Of a stretch of 61,253 bases of DNA, positions 18,864-28,015 are shown piece after piece (position 1 is the first letter of the stretch; the number at the start of each line of letters is the position of its first letter). The notes under the pieces were generated by a model. It saw only the letters and a list, made by a program, of their open reading frames with translations, was not told the DNA's origin and did no database searches. The position numbers were made by a program, and so were the translations under genes. Source of the stretch: an uncultured Verrucomicrobiota bacterium (GTDB lineage: Bacteria > Verrucomicrobiota > CALLYA01 > CAYNBQ01); NCBI GenBank assembly GCA_964395275.1, contig CAYNBQ010000008.1, positions 1-61,253 on the forward strand, read 5' to 3'.

Positions 18864-19446
18864 ACAGGTCGTGCGGGAATACTTCGAGCTGCACGGGTTT
18901 CTGGTGCGGCAACTGAGGAAATGGGTCGGTCCGCGGGACCGCGTGCGCCTGGAGTCGTCGGCCGATTTCGTCGTCTTTCATCCTGCGGTGAAGAACGCGC
19001 CGAAGGATCTGCCCTTCGAGCTGGACGGCCGATGCGTCGTCCGGATTCCCCGGGCGGCGGTGCTGGTGTTGGGCTGGCATTCGCGCAGGATCTACGCGCA
19101 GGACGTCCGGCCGGGTTCGGAGATCGCGGCGTTCGTGGATCGCGCGAACTCCCTGGCGGACGCCTTCCCCGGGGGCGGCCCCGCGCCGCTGCGAATCCTC
19201 GTGGCGCCCGGGCTGCCCGCGGGCGCGGCCCGGGAGCGGGCCGTGACGGCGCTCCGGGACCGGGGGGTGGAGGGAGTCCTTCTCTTCCCCCGGTTGCTGC
19301 AGGAACTGGTGAGGGGGGTGGAGGTGAACCGGAACTACGTCCGTTCCGATTTCCTGCAGACCCTTCGTCTCCTGAAGACCTACGATCTTCTCCGGGATCC
19401 GCAGCTCGAGTTCTTTCAGCCGAAGCGCGGGAAGAAGCGACGGTGA
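18847..19446 (+). CDS. hypothetical protein, possibly restriction-endonuclease-like fold
   Basis: GTG with GGAGG; overlaps aroB and dprA; the start SEQVVREYFELHGFLV resembles PD-(D/E)xK family N-termini. Confidence 0.7.
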   Translation: MSAVSEQVVREYFELHGFLVRQLRKWVGPRDRVRLESSADFVVFHPAVKNAPKDLPFELDGRCVVRIPRAAVLVLGWHSRRIYAQDVRPGSEIAAFVDRANSLADAFPGGGPAPLRILVAPGLPAGAARERAVTALRDRGVEGVLLFPRLLQELVRGVEVNRNYVRSDFLQTLRLLKTYDLLRDPQLEFFQPKRGKKRR

Positions 19447-20570
19447 ACGACCGGGAAGCCTGGATCATTCTCAACGCCATGAAGAAGGTGGGTCCGGTGC
19501 GGGTTCGGGCCCTGATCGAACGGCTCGGGTCTCCGGCGGCGATCTTCGAGGCCGGGGAACGGGATCTCCGGGCGGCCCCCGGCGTGGGGCCGGAGGCGGC
19601 GTCGTCGATCCTCCGCTGGCGGGAGGAATCGATCGATCCGGCGGCGGAAGAGGCGGCCGCGGCGCGCCTCGGGATCCGGATCGTGGTCCGGGACGAGGAG
19701 GATTACCCGCCGCTGTTGCGGGAAATCCACGATCCGCCGCTGGCCCTGTACGTGCGGGGAACGATCGCGCCGGAGGATCGCCATGCGGTGGCCGTCGTGG
19801 GATGCCGCGGCGCCACGCATTACGGCCGCTCGATGGCCGAACGGATCGCCTCGGAACTGGCCCGCTGCGGGATCTGCGTCGTGAGCGGCCTGGCGCGGGG
19901 GATCGACACGGCGGCCCACCGGGGGGCCCTGCGGGCGTCGGGGCGGACGCTTGCCGTGGTCGGTTGCGGGCTGGATATCTGCTATCCGGCGGAGAACCGG
20001 GATCTGGCGGACCGGATCGCCGGATCGGGCGCGATCCTCAGCGAGTTTCCCCTGGGCACCGCGCCCGAACGGTCGAATTTCCCGATGCGCAACCGAATCA
20101 TCAGCGGCCTTTCGATGGGGGTGGTCGTGGTGGAAGCCGGGGATCGCAGCGGCGCGTTGATCACGGCCGACGAGGCCCTCGCGCAGGGCCGCTCGGTCCT
20201 CGCGGTGCCGGGACGGATCGACAGCCCGAAGAGCCGCGGGACGCACCGTCTCCTCAAGGAGGGGGCCCGGCTGGTCGATTGCGTCGACGACATCCTCGAC
20301 GAATTCGGATGGCTCTTTCGGGGGGCGGCGGCGGCCCGCGGCGGGGCTCCGGCCCCCGCGCCCTCTCTTGCGCCGGAGGAAGAAGCGGTCTACGCATGTA
20401 CCGGGCGGGACCCGGTGGGGATCGATGAAATCATCCGGCGCAGCGGCTTGAACTCGGGAAAGGTTTCCTCCATCCTGCTGCGCCTCGAAATGCGGCGCGT
20501 GGTTCGCCAGCTTCCCGGCAAACGCTTCGTTCGACGCGTACCGTCCGACGAAGACGGGCCGGGAGGATGA
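19443..20570 (+). CDS. dprA: DNA-processing protein DprA
   Basis: YPPLLREIHDPP, VSGLARGID, FPMRNRIISGLS, VEAG..SGALIT; C-terminal wHTH. Confidence 0.96.
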   Translation: MNDREAWIILNAMKKVGPVRVRALIERLGSPAAIFEAGERDLRAAPGVGPEAASSILRWREESIDPAAEEAAAARLGIRIVVRDEEDYPPLLREIHDPPLALYVRGTIAPEDRHAVAVVGCRGATHYGRSMAERIASELARCGICVVSGLARGIDTAAHRGALRASGRTLAVVGCGLDICYPAENRDLADRIAGSGAILSEFPLGTAPERSNFPMRNRIISGLSMGVVVVEAGDRSGALITADEALAQGRSVLAVPGRIDSPKSRGTHRLLKEGARLVDCVDDILDEFGWLFRGAAAARGGAPAPAPSLAPEEEAVYACTGRDPVGIDEIIRRSGLNSGKVSSILLRLEMRRVVRQLPGKRFVRRVPSDEDGPGG

Positions 20571-20595
20571 ATCGCGCCGCCGCCCCGGAAGACCT

Positions 20596-22941
20596 ATGAA
20601 CGAATCTGCAGACGGCGGAAGGAAAGAGCCCGCGAGGGCGAAAACGACCCGGACGGCCCGCCCGCGCAAGGAGAACGCCGGCGGCGGCGGTCGCGCGCTG
20701 GTGATCGTCGAATCGCCCGCGAAGGCCAGGACGATCCACCGGATCCTGGGCAGCGGCTACGAGGTGAAGGCCTCGATGGGCCATATCCGGGACTTGCCGA
20801 CCTCGCGGTTCGGCGTGGACGTCGAGGACGGCTTCAAGCCCAGGTACCAGATCGTGAAGGGACGCAAGAAGCTCGTCGACGAGCTGCGCAAGGCGGCGGG
20901 CAAGGCCGAACGGGTCTTCCTGGCGCCGGACCCCGACCGGGAGGGGGAGGCGATCGCGTGGCATCTCAAGGAGGTGCTGAGCGGGCGCAACGCCGGGGAC
21001 GACGACCGCTTTCTTCGGGTCTCCTTCAACGAGATCACGCCCTCGGCCGTCGAGGCCGCCTTCCGCAGCCCGGGTCGAATCGACATGCGCAAGGTCGACG
21101 CGCAACAGGCCCGCCGGATCCTGGACCGGATCGTGGGCTACCGGATCAGCCCGCTTCTCTGGCGCAAGGTGCGCCGGGGATTGAGCGCGGGAGGCGTGCA
21201 GTCGGTGGCCCTGCGCCTGATCTGCGACCGGGAGCGCGAGATCGAGGCCTTCGTTCCGCGGGAATACTGGACGATCGACGCGGAACTCGAGAGAAATCCG
21301 GGCGAGCGGTTCCGGGCCCGCCTGGCGCGGATCAACGGGGAAAAGCCCGAGATCGGCGACGAAAAGACGGCGATGTCGCTGAAGTCCGCGCTGGAACAGG
21401 CGGACTACACGGTGGTTTCCGTGCAGGAGAAGCCGCGCAAGCGCAATCCGGCGCCGCCCTTCATCACCAGCACGCTGCAGCAGGCCGCCTCCTCGGCGCT
21501 GGGGATGTCGACGAGCCGGACGATGATGATCGCGCAGCAGCTCTACGAGGGGATCGAGCTGGGCGCCCGCGGCAGCGTGGGGCTGATCACCTACATGCGG
21601 ACGGATGCGCCCAGGGTTTCGGCCGACGCCCAGAAGGCCTGCCGGGCCGTGATCCGGGATCGATTCGGCGAGGAGTATCTTCCGGCGCGTCCGCCGGGGT
21701 ACCGCGCGCGGCGCGGGGCCCAGGAGGCCCACGAGGCGATTCGTCCCGCGAACCCCCATCTGCACCCCGATGACGTCAAGCCTTTCCTTTCCCGACAGCA
21801 GCTCGCGCTCTACACGCTGATCTGGAGGCGCTTCGTTGCGAGCCAGATGGCGCCGGCGCGGCTCGTGACGACCTCGGTGGGGATCGAAGCGCGTCCTCCT
21901 TCGGGGGACGATCGCTGGCTCTTCCGCGCGGCGAGCACGCGCGTGGAGTTCGACGGATGGCTGCGGGTGGCGGGCGAGGCCGCGGCGGCCGCCGCGGCGC
22001 GGGCGAAGGAAGGGAAGGCGAAGGACGGGGAGAAGGGGCCGGAAGAGGAGGAGCTGCAGACGACGCTTCCCGATCTGAAGGAGGGGGACGCCCTGCGGCT
22101 CGAGGCCCTGGATCCGCGGCAGCATTTCACCGAGCCGCCGCCCCGCTACACCGAGGCGACCCTGGTTCGGGCCCTGGAGGAGCGTGGGATCGGACGCCCG
22201 AGCACCTACGCGCCGACGATCGCCACCATCCAGAAGCGGAAATACGTGCAGAAGGTCAAGCGACGCCTCATGCCGACGCAGCTGGGCCTGGTCGTCAACG
22301 ACCTGCTGGTGGGCCATTTCCCCGACCTGGTGAACTACGAGTTCACGGCGCGGATGGAGGATCAGCTCGACCGGATCGAACAGGGCGAAGAGGACTGGAG
22401 ACGGCTTCTGTCGCGGTACAACGCCGATCTCGACAAGGCCCTGGAGAAGGCGGCGGCGACGATGCACGATTTCCGCCGGGAGGCGCAGCCGACCGACATC
22501 GTTTGCGACAGGTGCGGCGCGCCGATGGTGATCCGCTGGAGCCGTTCGGGGGAGTTTCTCTCCTGTTCGCGGTATCCGGAATGCAAAAACGCGAAATCGT
22601 TCCACCGGACCGAGGACGGCGGGATCGAGGTGGACGTCGAGGAAACGACCGAGGAGAAATGCGAGAAGTGCGGCAGGCCGATGGTGTTGCGCAACGGGCG
22701 GTACGGCAAGTTCCTGGCGTGTTCCGGGTACCCGGAGTGCAAGAACACCCGGCCGTTGCCCACGGGGGTGGCCTGTCCCCGGCCGGGATGCGACGGTATG
22801 CTCGAGAGGAGGCGCGGCCGGGGAAAGAGGTCATACTTCTACGGTTGCAGTCGTTATCCTGAGTGCGACTACACCGTGCGGTCCCTGGACGACGTTCCCG
22901 CCGATGCAAAGAAGTTCGCCGAAAACCGATCCGACGATTGA
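20596..22941 (+). CDS. topA: DNA topoisomerase I (type IA) with C-terminal zinc ribbons
   Basis: IVESPAKA, GHIRDL, DPDREGE, catalytic ITYMRTD, AQEAHEAIRP, GIGRPSTY; three C4 ribbons. Confidence 0.97.
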   Translation: MNESADGGRKEPARAKTTRTARPRKENAGGGGRALVIVESPAKARTIHRILGSGYEVKASMGHIRDLPTSRFGVDVEDGFKPRYQIVKGRKKLVDELRKAAGKAERVFLAPDPDREGEAIAWHLKEVLSGRNAGDDDRFLRVSFNEITPSAVEAAFRSPGRIDMRKVDAQQARRILDRIVGYRISPLLWRKVRRGLSAGGVQSVALRLICDREREIEAFVPREYWTIDAELERNPGERFRARLARINGEKPEIGDEKTAMSLKSALEQADYTVVSVQEKPRKRNPAPPFITSTLQQAASSALGMSTSRTMMIAQQLYEGIELGARGSVGLITYMRTDAPRVSADAQKACRAVIRDRFGEEYLPARPPGYRARRGAQEAHEAIRPANPHLHPDDVKPFLSRQQLALYTLIWRRFVASQMAPARLVTTSVGIEARPPSGDDRWLFRAASTRVEFDGWLRVAGEAAAAAAARAKEGKAKDGEKGPEEEELQTTLPDLKEGDALRLEALDPRQHFTEPPPRYTEATLVRALEERGIGRPSTYAPTIATIQKRKYVQKVKRRLMPTQLGLVVNDLLVGHFPDLVNYEFTARMEDQLDRIEQGEEDWRRLLSRYNADLDKALEKAAATMHDFRREAQPTDIVCDRCGAPMVIRWSRSGEFLSCSRYPECKNAKSFHRTEDGGIEVDVEETTEEKCEKCGRPMVLRNGRYGKFLACSGYPECKNTRPLPTGVACPRPGCDGMLERRRGRGKRSYFYGCSRYPECDYTVRSLDDVPADAKKFAENRSDD

Positions 22942-23872
22942 GCGTTTCCTGCGGACGCTCGAGGCGGAGCGGGATCTTTCCGCGCATACGTTGCGGGCCT
23001 ACCGGTCGGATCTGCAGGCCTTCCGGGAGCATGCGGCGGAGACCCTTTCCCGCGGGGACGGTTTTTCGTGGATCGACGTGGACTCGATGACGGTCCGTTC
23101 GTACATGGTGCGGCTGCAGCGCGGGAACGTTTCCCGCAGGACGCTCCAGCGCAAGCTGTCGAGCCTGCGGACCTTCTACCGGTTCCTGGTCCGCGAGGAG
23201 ACGGTTCCGGAAAGCCCGCTGGCGGGCGTCCGGGTTCCGGGGATTCCGCGGCGTCTGCCGCGGTTCCTGTCGGTTCCGGAGGTGTCGAGGCTGTTGAAGG
23301 CGCCGGAGAGGGCGGCCGCGCGGGCGGCGGCGAAGGCGAAGACGGACGAGCGGCGCGGGCGGATCGCGTTTCGGAAACGCAGGGACGTCGCGATCCTGGA
23401 AACGATCTACAGCGGCGGGCTGCGGATCGAGGAGGCGGTCGGGTTGAACGACGAGGACGTCGATCTGCTCTCGGATTCGATGAAGGTGCGCGGCAAGAGG
23501 AAGAAGGAGCGGTACTGCCCCCTGGGCGGTCCCGCGGCGGAGGCGCTTCGCGCGTACCTGGAGGTCCGCGCGGAACGGTTCGGCCGCCGGGATCGGGGAC
23601 CGCTCTTCGTGAATCTTCGCGGCGGACGGCTGAGCGCCCGCAGCGTGGAACGCTTCTTCAAGGAGTATCTGGTCGAGGCCGGACTCGATCCCGCCCTCTC
23701 GCCGCACGCCCTGCGGCACAGCTTCGCCACGCACCTGCTCGATGCCGGGGCGGACCTGCGCGCCGTCCAGGAATTGCTGGGACACGCAAGCCTTTCCTCC
23801 ACGCAGGTCTACACGCACGTGACGGCCGAAAGGTTGAAGGAAGTCTATGAGGCGACCCACCCCAGAGCCTGA
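22904..23872 (+). CDS. xerC: tyrosine recombinase XerC/D
   Basis: GLRIEE, HALRHSFATH, LGH, TQVYTH; lies in the dprA-topA-xer cluster. Confidence 0.88.
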   Translation: MQRSSPKTDPTIERFLRTLEAERDLSAHTLRAYRSDLQAFREHAAETLSRGDGFSWIDVDSMTVRSYMVRLQRGNVSRRTLQRKLSSLRTFYRFLVREETVPESPLAGVRVPGIPRRLPRFLSVPEVSRLLKAPERAAARAAAKAKTDERRGRIAFRKRRDVAILETIYSGGLRIEEAVGLNDEDVDLLSDSMKVRGKRKKERYCPLGGPAAEALRAYLEVRAERFGRRDRGPLFVNLRGGRLSARSVERFFKEYLVEAGLDPALSPHALRHSFATHLLDAGADLRAVQELLGHASLSSTQVYTHVTAERLKEVYEATHPRA

Positions 23873-23882
23873 TCCGCGGGTG

Positions 23883-25193
23883 ATGCGCTTCTACGACCTG
23901 GCCGGGCGGGTCGTTTTCGTCGCGCTCCTGCCGTCGATCGTGTGGAAGATGTGGAGACGCGGCAAGTACCGCAAGGGCGTTCGCGAGCGGTTCGGTTCCT
24001 ACGACGCGGCGTTCCGCCGCCGCCGCGATCGATTGCCGGGAGATCCCCTCTGGATCCAGGCCGTCAGCGTGGGGGAAACCGCCTCGGCGCTCCGTTTCCT
24101 GGAAGATGTCCGCCGTGCGTACCCCGGGCTCCCGATCGCCCTGACCACGACGACGACGACCGGCCAGGCGGAGGCGGCGCGCCGCGCGGCCCCGGAGGAT
24201 TTCGTTTTCTACTATCCGCTCGATTTCCGGGGCGCGGTCCGTCGCGCGCTCGACGTGGTCCGGCCCCGGGCGATGGTGATGCTCGAATCGGAGATCTGGC
24301 CGAACATGATCCTCGAATGCCGCCGCCGCGGAATCCCCGTGGCGGTCGTCAACGCCCGGATGTCGGATCGTTCGGCGGGCGGATACGGGCGGTGGCCCCG
24401 TCTCTTCGGCCCGGTTTTCGGATCGCTGGACCTCGTCTGCGCCCAGAGCGGGGAGGACGCGCAACGGCTCGAATCCCTCGGCGTCGATCCGGAGAGGCTG
24501 CACGTCGTCGGCAACCTGAAGTTCGATCTGACCGGGGACGTCGGGACGGATTCCGCGGAGACGGAGGCGGTCCTGCGTTCGGCCGGCGCGGGCGCGGACC
24601 GGACGATCTGGATCGCCGGCAGCACGCACCCGGGAGAGGAGTTCGTCCTGGGGGAGATCTACGGGCGCCTGCGCCGCAGGCATCCCGGCCTGTACCTGGT
24701 CGTCGTGCCCAGGCACGTGGAACGAACGGCCGAGGTCGTTCGGGACCTGCGCCGGACCGGGCTCCGCCCGGTGCTGCGCACCGATCTTCCGCCGGAGGGG
24801 AAGGTCGCGGACGCGGACTGCCTGGTGGTGAACACGACCGGGGAACTCCGCAGGTTCTACCCCTGCGCGGACGTCGTTTTCGTCGGCAAGAGCCTGGTCG
24901 GCCGGGGCGGCCAGAACATCATCGAACCCGCGGTCTGCGGACGTCCGATCTTCTTCGGCCCGCACATGGACAACTTCCGGCAGGTGGCGCGGATCTTCCT
25001 GGATGCCGGCGCCGCCGTGCAGGTGCGCGACGCGGCGGCGCTGGAAAGGGAACTGGACCGCTGCCTCTCGGATCCCGAGGCGGCCCGGGCGCTCGGAGAA
25101 CGGGCGCGGGGCGTCGTCGAAAAGCATCGGGGTGCCTGCTCCCGGACGCTTGATCTCCTTCGGACGCGTTGGGACGGAATCCTGCGCGGATGA
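23883..25193 (+). CDS. waaA: Kdo transferase
   Basis: WIQAVSVGE, TTTTTG, YPLD, ESEIWPN, NARMS, GNLKFD, GSTHPGEE, VPRH, GGQNIIEP. Confidence 0.94.
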   Translation: MRFYDLAGRVVFVALLPSIVWKMWRRGKYRKGVRERFGSYDAAFRRRRDRLPGDPLWIQAVSVGETASALRFLEDVRRAYPGLPIALTTTTTTGQAEAARRAAPEDFVFYYPLDFRGAVRRALDVVRPRAMVMLESEIWPNMILECRRRGIPVAVVNARMSDRSAGGYGRWPRLFGPVFGSLDLVCAQSGEDAQRLESLGVDPERLHVVGNLKFDLTGDVGTDSAETEAVLRSAGAGADRTIWIAGSTHPGEEFVLGEIYGRLRRRHPGLYLVVVPRHVERTAEVVRDLRRTGLRPVLRTDLPPEGKVADADCLVVNTTGELRRFYPCADVVFVGKSLVGRGGQNIIEPAVCGRPIFFGPHMDNFRQVARIFLDAGAAVQVRDAAALERELDRCLSDPEAARALGERARGVVEKHRGACSRTLDLLRTRWDGILRG

Positions 25194-25210
25194 CCGGCGG
25201 CCGCCGCCGG

Positions 25211-26320
25211 TCAGGTCGAGAGGATTCGGCGGCTTTCGTCCAGGAAGATGCCCTGGAGATTCATGCGCAGGGCCTCGGGGTTCGAGGCGCGTGCCAGCGC
25301 GTCGTCCTCGGTGATCATCCCTTCCTGCACCAGCTTGTAGAGGGCCTGGTTGAAGGTCTGCATGCCTTCCTCGCCGCCGGTTTCGATGGCGGCCCAGAGC
25401 TTCTCCAGGCGGTTTTCCTCGATGAGCTTCCGCACCGTGGCGCTGTTGGTCATGATCTCCACGGCCGGCACGACCCCTTCGCTCGCCGCCCGGGGGACCA
25501 GGCGCTGGCAGATCACCGCCCGCAGGGTCATCGCCAGGGACATGCGGATCTGTTCGCGCTCGGCGTGCGGGAAGAAGTCCAGGATGCGGGTGACCGACTG
25601 GGAGGCGGTCGTGGTGTGAAGGGTCGTGAGCACCAGGTGCCCGGTATCCGCGGCCGCGAGGGCGGCCATGAAACTAGAGGCGTCGCGCATCTCGCCGATC
25701 ATGATGACGTCGGGATCCTGCCGCAGGATATGGGTCAACGCCGCGTCGAACGACTGGGTGTCGAGGCCGACCTCGCGCTGTTCGATCACGCTGGCCTCGT
25801 CGATGAAGAGGTATTCGATCGGATCCTCGATCGTGATGATGTGGCGTTTCTGGGTGCGGTTGATGTGCTGGATCATGGCGGCCAGCGTGGTCGACTTGCC
25901 GCAGCCGGTCGTGCCGCTGACGATGACGATTCCGCGCGGCGAAAGCGCGATTTCCATGAGCTGTTCCGGAAGGTTCAGCTCGGGGATGCTGGGGATCTCC
26001 GTCTTCACGTGTCGCATGGCCATGCAGACGGTGCCCTTCTGCATGAAGACGTTGCAGCGGAACCGGCCGATCCCGTCGAAGACGAACGAGAAGTCCGCTT
26101 CCTTGATTTCGTCGAACCGTTCCCGCAGGTGCGGAGGAAGGGCCGCTTCGGCGATGCCGTTGAGTTCCTCCTCGGTGACGATCTCGGACTCGATCGTGTA
26201 GAGGTCGCCGGAGATCCGCAACAGCAGCGGGGCGTCGGCCTTCAGATGGATGTCCGAGGCGCCCATGCGCAGGGCGAGTTTCAGAAGAGGCTGCAGTCGG
26301 GACAGAGGGTCGGTAGACAT
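25211..26320 (-). CDS. type IV pilus retraction ATPase (PilT/PilU family)
   Basis: ASDIHL, Walker A GTTGCGKST, TIEDPIE, RQDPDVIMIGEMRD, TGHLVLTTLH, GMQTF; AIRNLIRE is replaced by TVRKLIEE. Confidence 0.92.
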   Translation of the reverse strand: MSTDPLSRLQPLLKLALRMGASDIHLKADAPLLLRISGDLYTIESEIVTEEELNGIAEAALPPHLRERFDEIKEADFSFVFDGIGRFRCNVFMQKGTVCMAMRHVKTEIPSIPELNLPEQLMEIALSPRGIVIVSGTTGCGKSTTLAAMIQHINRTQKRHIITIEDPIEYLFIDEASVIEQREVGLDTQSFDAALTHILRQDPDVIMIGEMRDASSFMAALAAADTGHLVLTTLHTTTASQSVTRILDFFPHAEREQIRMSLAMTLRAVICQRLVPRAASEGVVPAVEIMTNSATVRKLIEENRLEKLWAAIETGGEEGMQTFNQALYKLVQEGMITEDDALARASNPEALRMNLQGIFLDESRRILST

Positions 26321-26670
26321 TGGGACGTCTCCCGGATGAGGTCGTAGACCTCGGGTTCCAGGTCAATGAAATACAAGGCCACCTTGTGGCCGTCGTCGAC
26401 CGGGTCGCACTGCACGACGATTCCCTGGAGATGGAGGGTGCGGGCGGGAAGATCCTTGCGCTCGTCGGGGAGGTCGACGTCGATCTGGATCATCGAATAG
26501 GGTTCGAGGCGCGTCTCCGATCGGAACTGGATGCCCAGGGGACAGAGCCGGAATCCGGTGCCCGGCTTGGGGGCGTCGGCGCCGGTGAGTTGCACATGGA
26601 CGTCCCGGAAGGGGGACTTCATCCGCTCCTGTCGGGGGGAAGGGCCTTTCGAACTGGGTTGATCGTCCAT
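26281..26670 (-). CDS. small PilZ-like beta-barrel protein with C-terminal CxxC
   Basis: LCPLGIQF, LQGIVVQC, HKVALYFIDL pattern resembles PilZ; strong promoter directly upstream. Confidence 0.6.
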   Translation of the reverse strand: MDDQPSSKGPSPRQERMKSPFRDVHVQLTGADAPKPGTGFRLCPLGIQFRSETRLEPYSMIQIDVDLPDERKDLPARTLHLQGIVVQCDPVDDGHKVALYFIDLEPEVYDLIRETSQCLPTLCPDCSLF

Positions 26671-26711
26671 GGGGGAGCTTTTTGCGTATGGGTTCCGTGA
26701 AGATCTGCAGG

Positions 26712-26740
26712 AACCTACCGGGGCCTTTCGGCGGTGTCAA
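26712..26740 (-). promoter_or_regulatory. sigma70 promoter of the PilZ-like/pilT unit
   Basis: TTGACA-17bp-TAGGTT. Confidence 0.6.
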
Positions 26741-26757
26741 ACCGTTGCGCGGCCCGA

Positions 26758-27864
26758 TCATCGGACCCGGTAGAGAAGCAGGATTCCGCCTGCGCCGAAG
26801 AGGAGATTCGGCAGCCATCCCGCGATCCACGGGGGGATCGTTCCGCTCTTGCCGAGGGCGAAGGCGGTCTGCACGGCGAAGTAGTAGACGACGACCACGC
26901 CCACGGCGGAAGCGACCCCCAGCGCCGCGCCCCGACGGTTGGTCCGCACGCCGCAGGGGATCCCGATCAGGATGACCATCAGGCAGGTCCAGGGCGAGGC
27001 GAGCCGGTAGTGCAGCATGGTGCTGGCACGCCGCCACTTGATGTCGTCGTCGCGTCCGTGCATCTCGAGATAGGAGAGCAGTTCCATCGACGAGAGTTTC
27101 TCGGGTTCGCGTTCCACGCGGATCTCGTTCAGGAAGAGGTTCGGATCCTCGGTCAGGTCCACCATCTCGCGCTTCTGGAAGGTCGGTTTGCGGCTCCTGC
27201 CCTGCACGGGCAGGCCGTTCTCGTTGTAGGGCTGGACGATCCCGTCGAAGAACCACCACCGGCCGTCGCGGTAGACGGCGGACTCGGCGCGGGCCGTCCA
27301 GACCTTCCGGCCGCTCGGATCCTCCTGGGTGACCTCGATTTCGCCGGTCTTCCCGGTTTCCGGGTCGAAATCGCGGATCAGCCAGGTTCGCCGGTCGCGC
27401 TGGTTCCGGATCCCGAGGACCTCGACCCGCCGGAAGACGGGTTCGTCGGGATGCTCGAGGGTCCGGACGAAACGCTCGGTCCTGCGCATGGTCGTCGGCA
27501 CCACCAGTTCGTTCAGCAGGAGCATCGCGATGCTGAAGAGGAATCCGACGATCAGCAGCGGCTGGGCGATCCGCACGACGCTGATCCCGCTGGAACGCAT
27601 CGCGGTGATCTCGTTGTTCCGGGCGAAGATGGCCATGCAGTAGAGGATGGCCAGCAGCAGGGCCCAGGGCATGATCACCACGGTCGTGTAGGGCAGCAGC
27701 ATGACGTAGTACCAGGCGATGTAGCCGGCCTTGATGCTGTGCTGGATGAAGTCCGGCAGGTTGTCGAAGAGATCGTAGACGACGAAGATCATGATCAGCG
27801 CCGTGATGCAGTAGAAAAACGGCACCAGGAATTCCCGTAGGACGTGTCGATCGAGGATCTTCAC
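26758..27864 (-). CDS. LPS export permease, LptF/LptG family
   Basis: MKILDRHVLREF, NEITAMRSSGIS, periplasmic jellyroll region, IPPWIAGWLPN; six-TM layout. Confidence 0.9.
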   Translation of the reverse strand: MKILDRHVLREFLVPFFYCITALIMIFVVYDLFDNLPDFIQHSIKAGYIAWYYVMLLPYTTVVIMPWALLLAILYCMAIFARNNEITAMRSSGISVVRIAQPLLIVGFLFSIAMLLLNELVVPTTMRRTERFVRTLEHPDEPVFRRVEVLGIRNQRDRRTWLIRDFDPETGKTGEIEVTQEDPSGRKVWTARAESAVYRDGRWWFFDGIVQPYNENGLPVQGRSRKPTFQKREMVDLTEDPNLFLNEIRVEREPEKLSSMELLSYLEMHGRDDDIKWRRASTMLHYRLASPWTCLMVILIGIPCGVRTNRRGAALGVASAVGVVVVYYFAVQTAFALGKSGTIPPWIAGWLPNLLFGAGGILLLYRVR

Positions 27865-28015
27865 AGCAGGATCATCTTCCGGCGTCGCCGCCCCCCGCGC
27901 CGCCGGCGGGAGAGGATGCCGTTGCAGCTACGTAGCGGTTGCGGGCCCGACTTGCAAGCGCCGTCGATGATATCCCCCCGGCCGCGGGAACGGATCGGCG
28001 ATGCGGAACCGTCGC

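Noticed and set aside
22904-23872. Tyrosine recombinase as a phage or island integrase
   Set aside because: Xer-like size, housekeeping dprA-topA context, and no att sites, tRNA or cargo genes.
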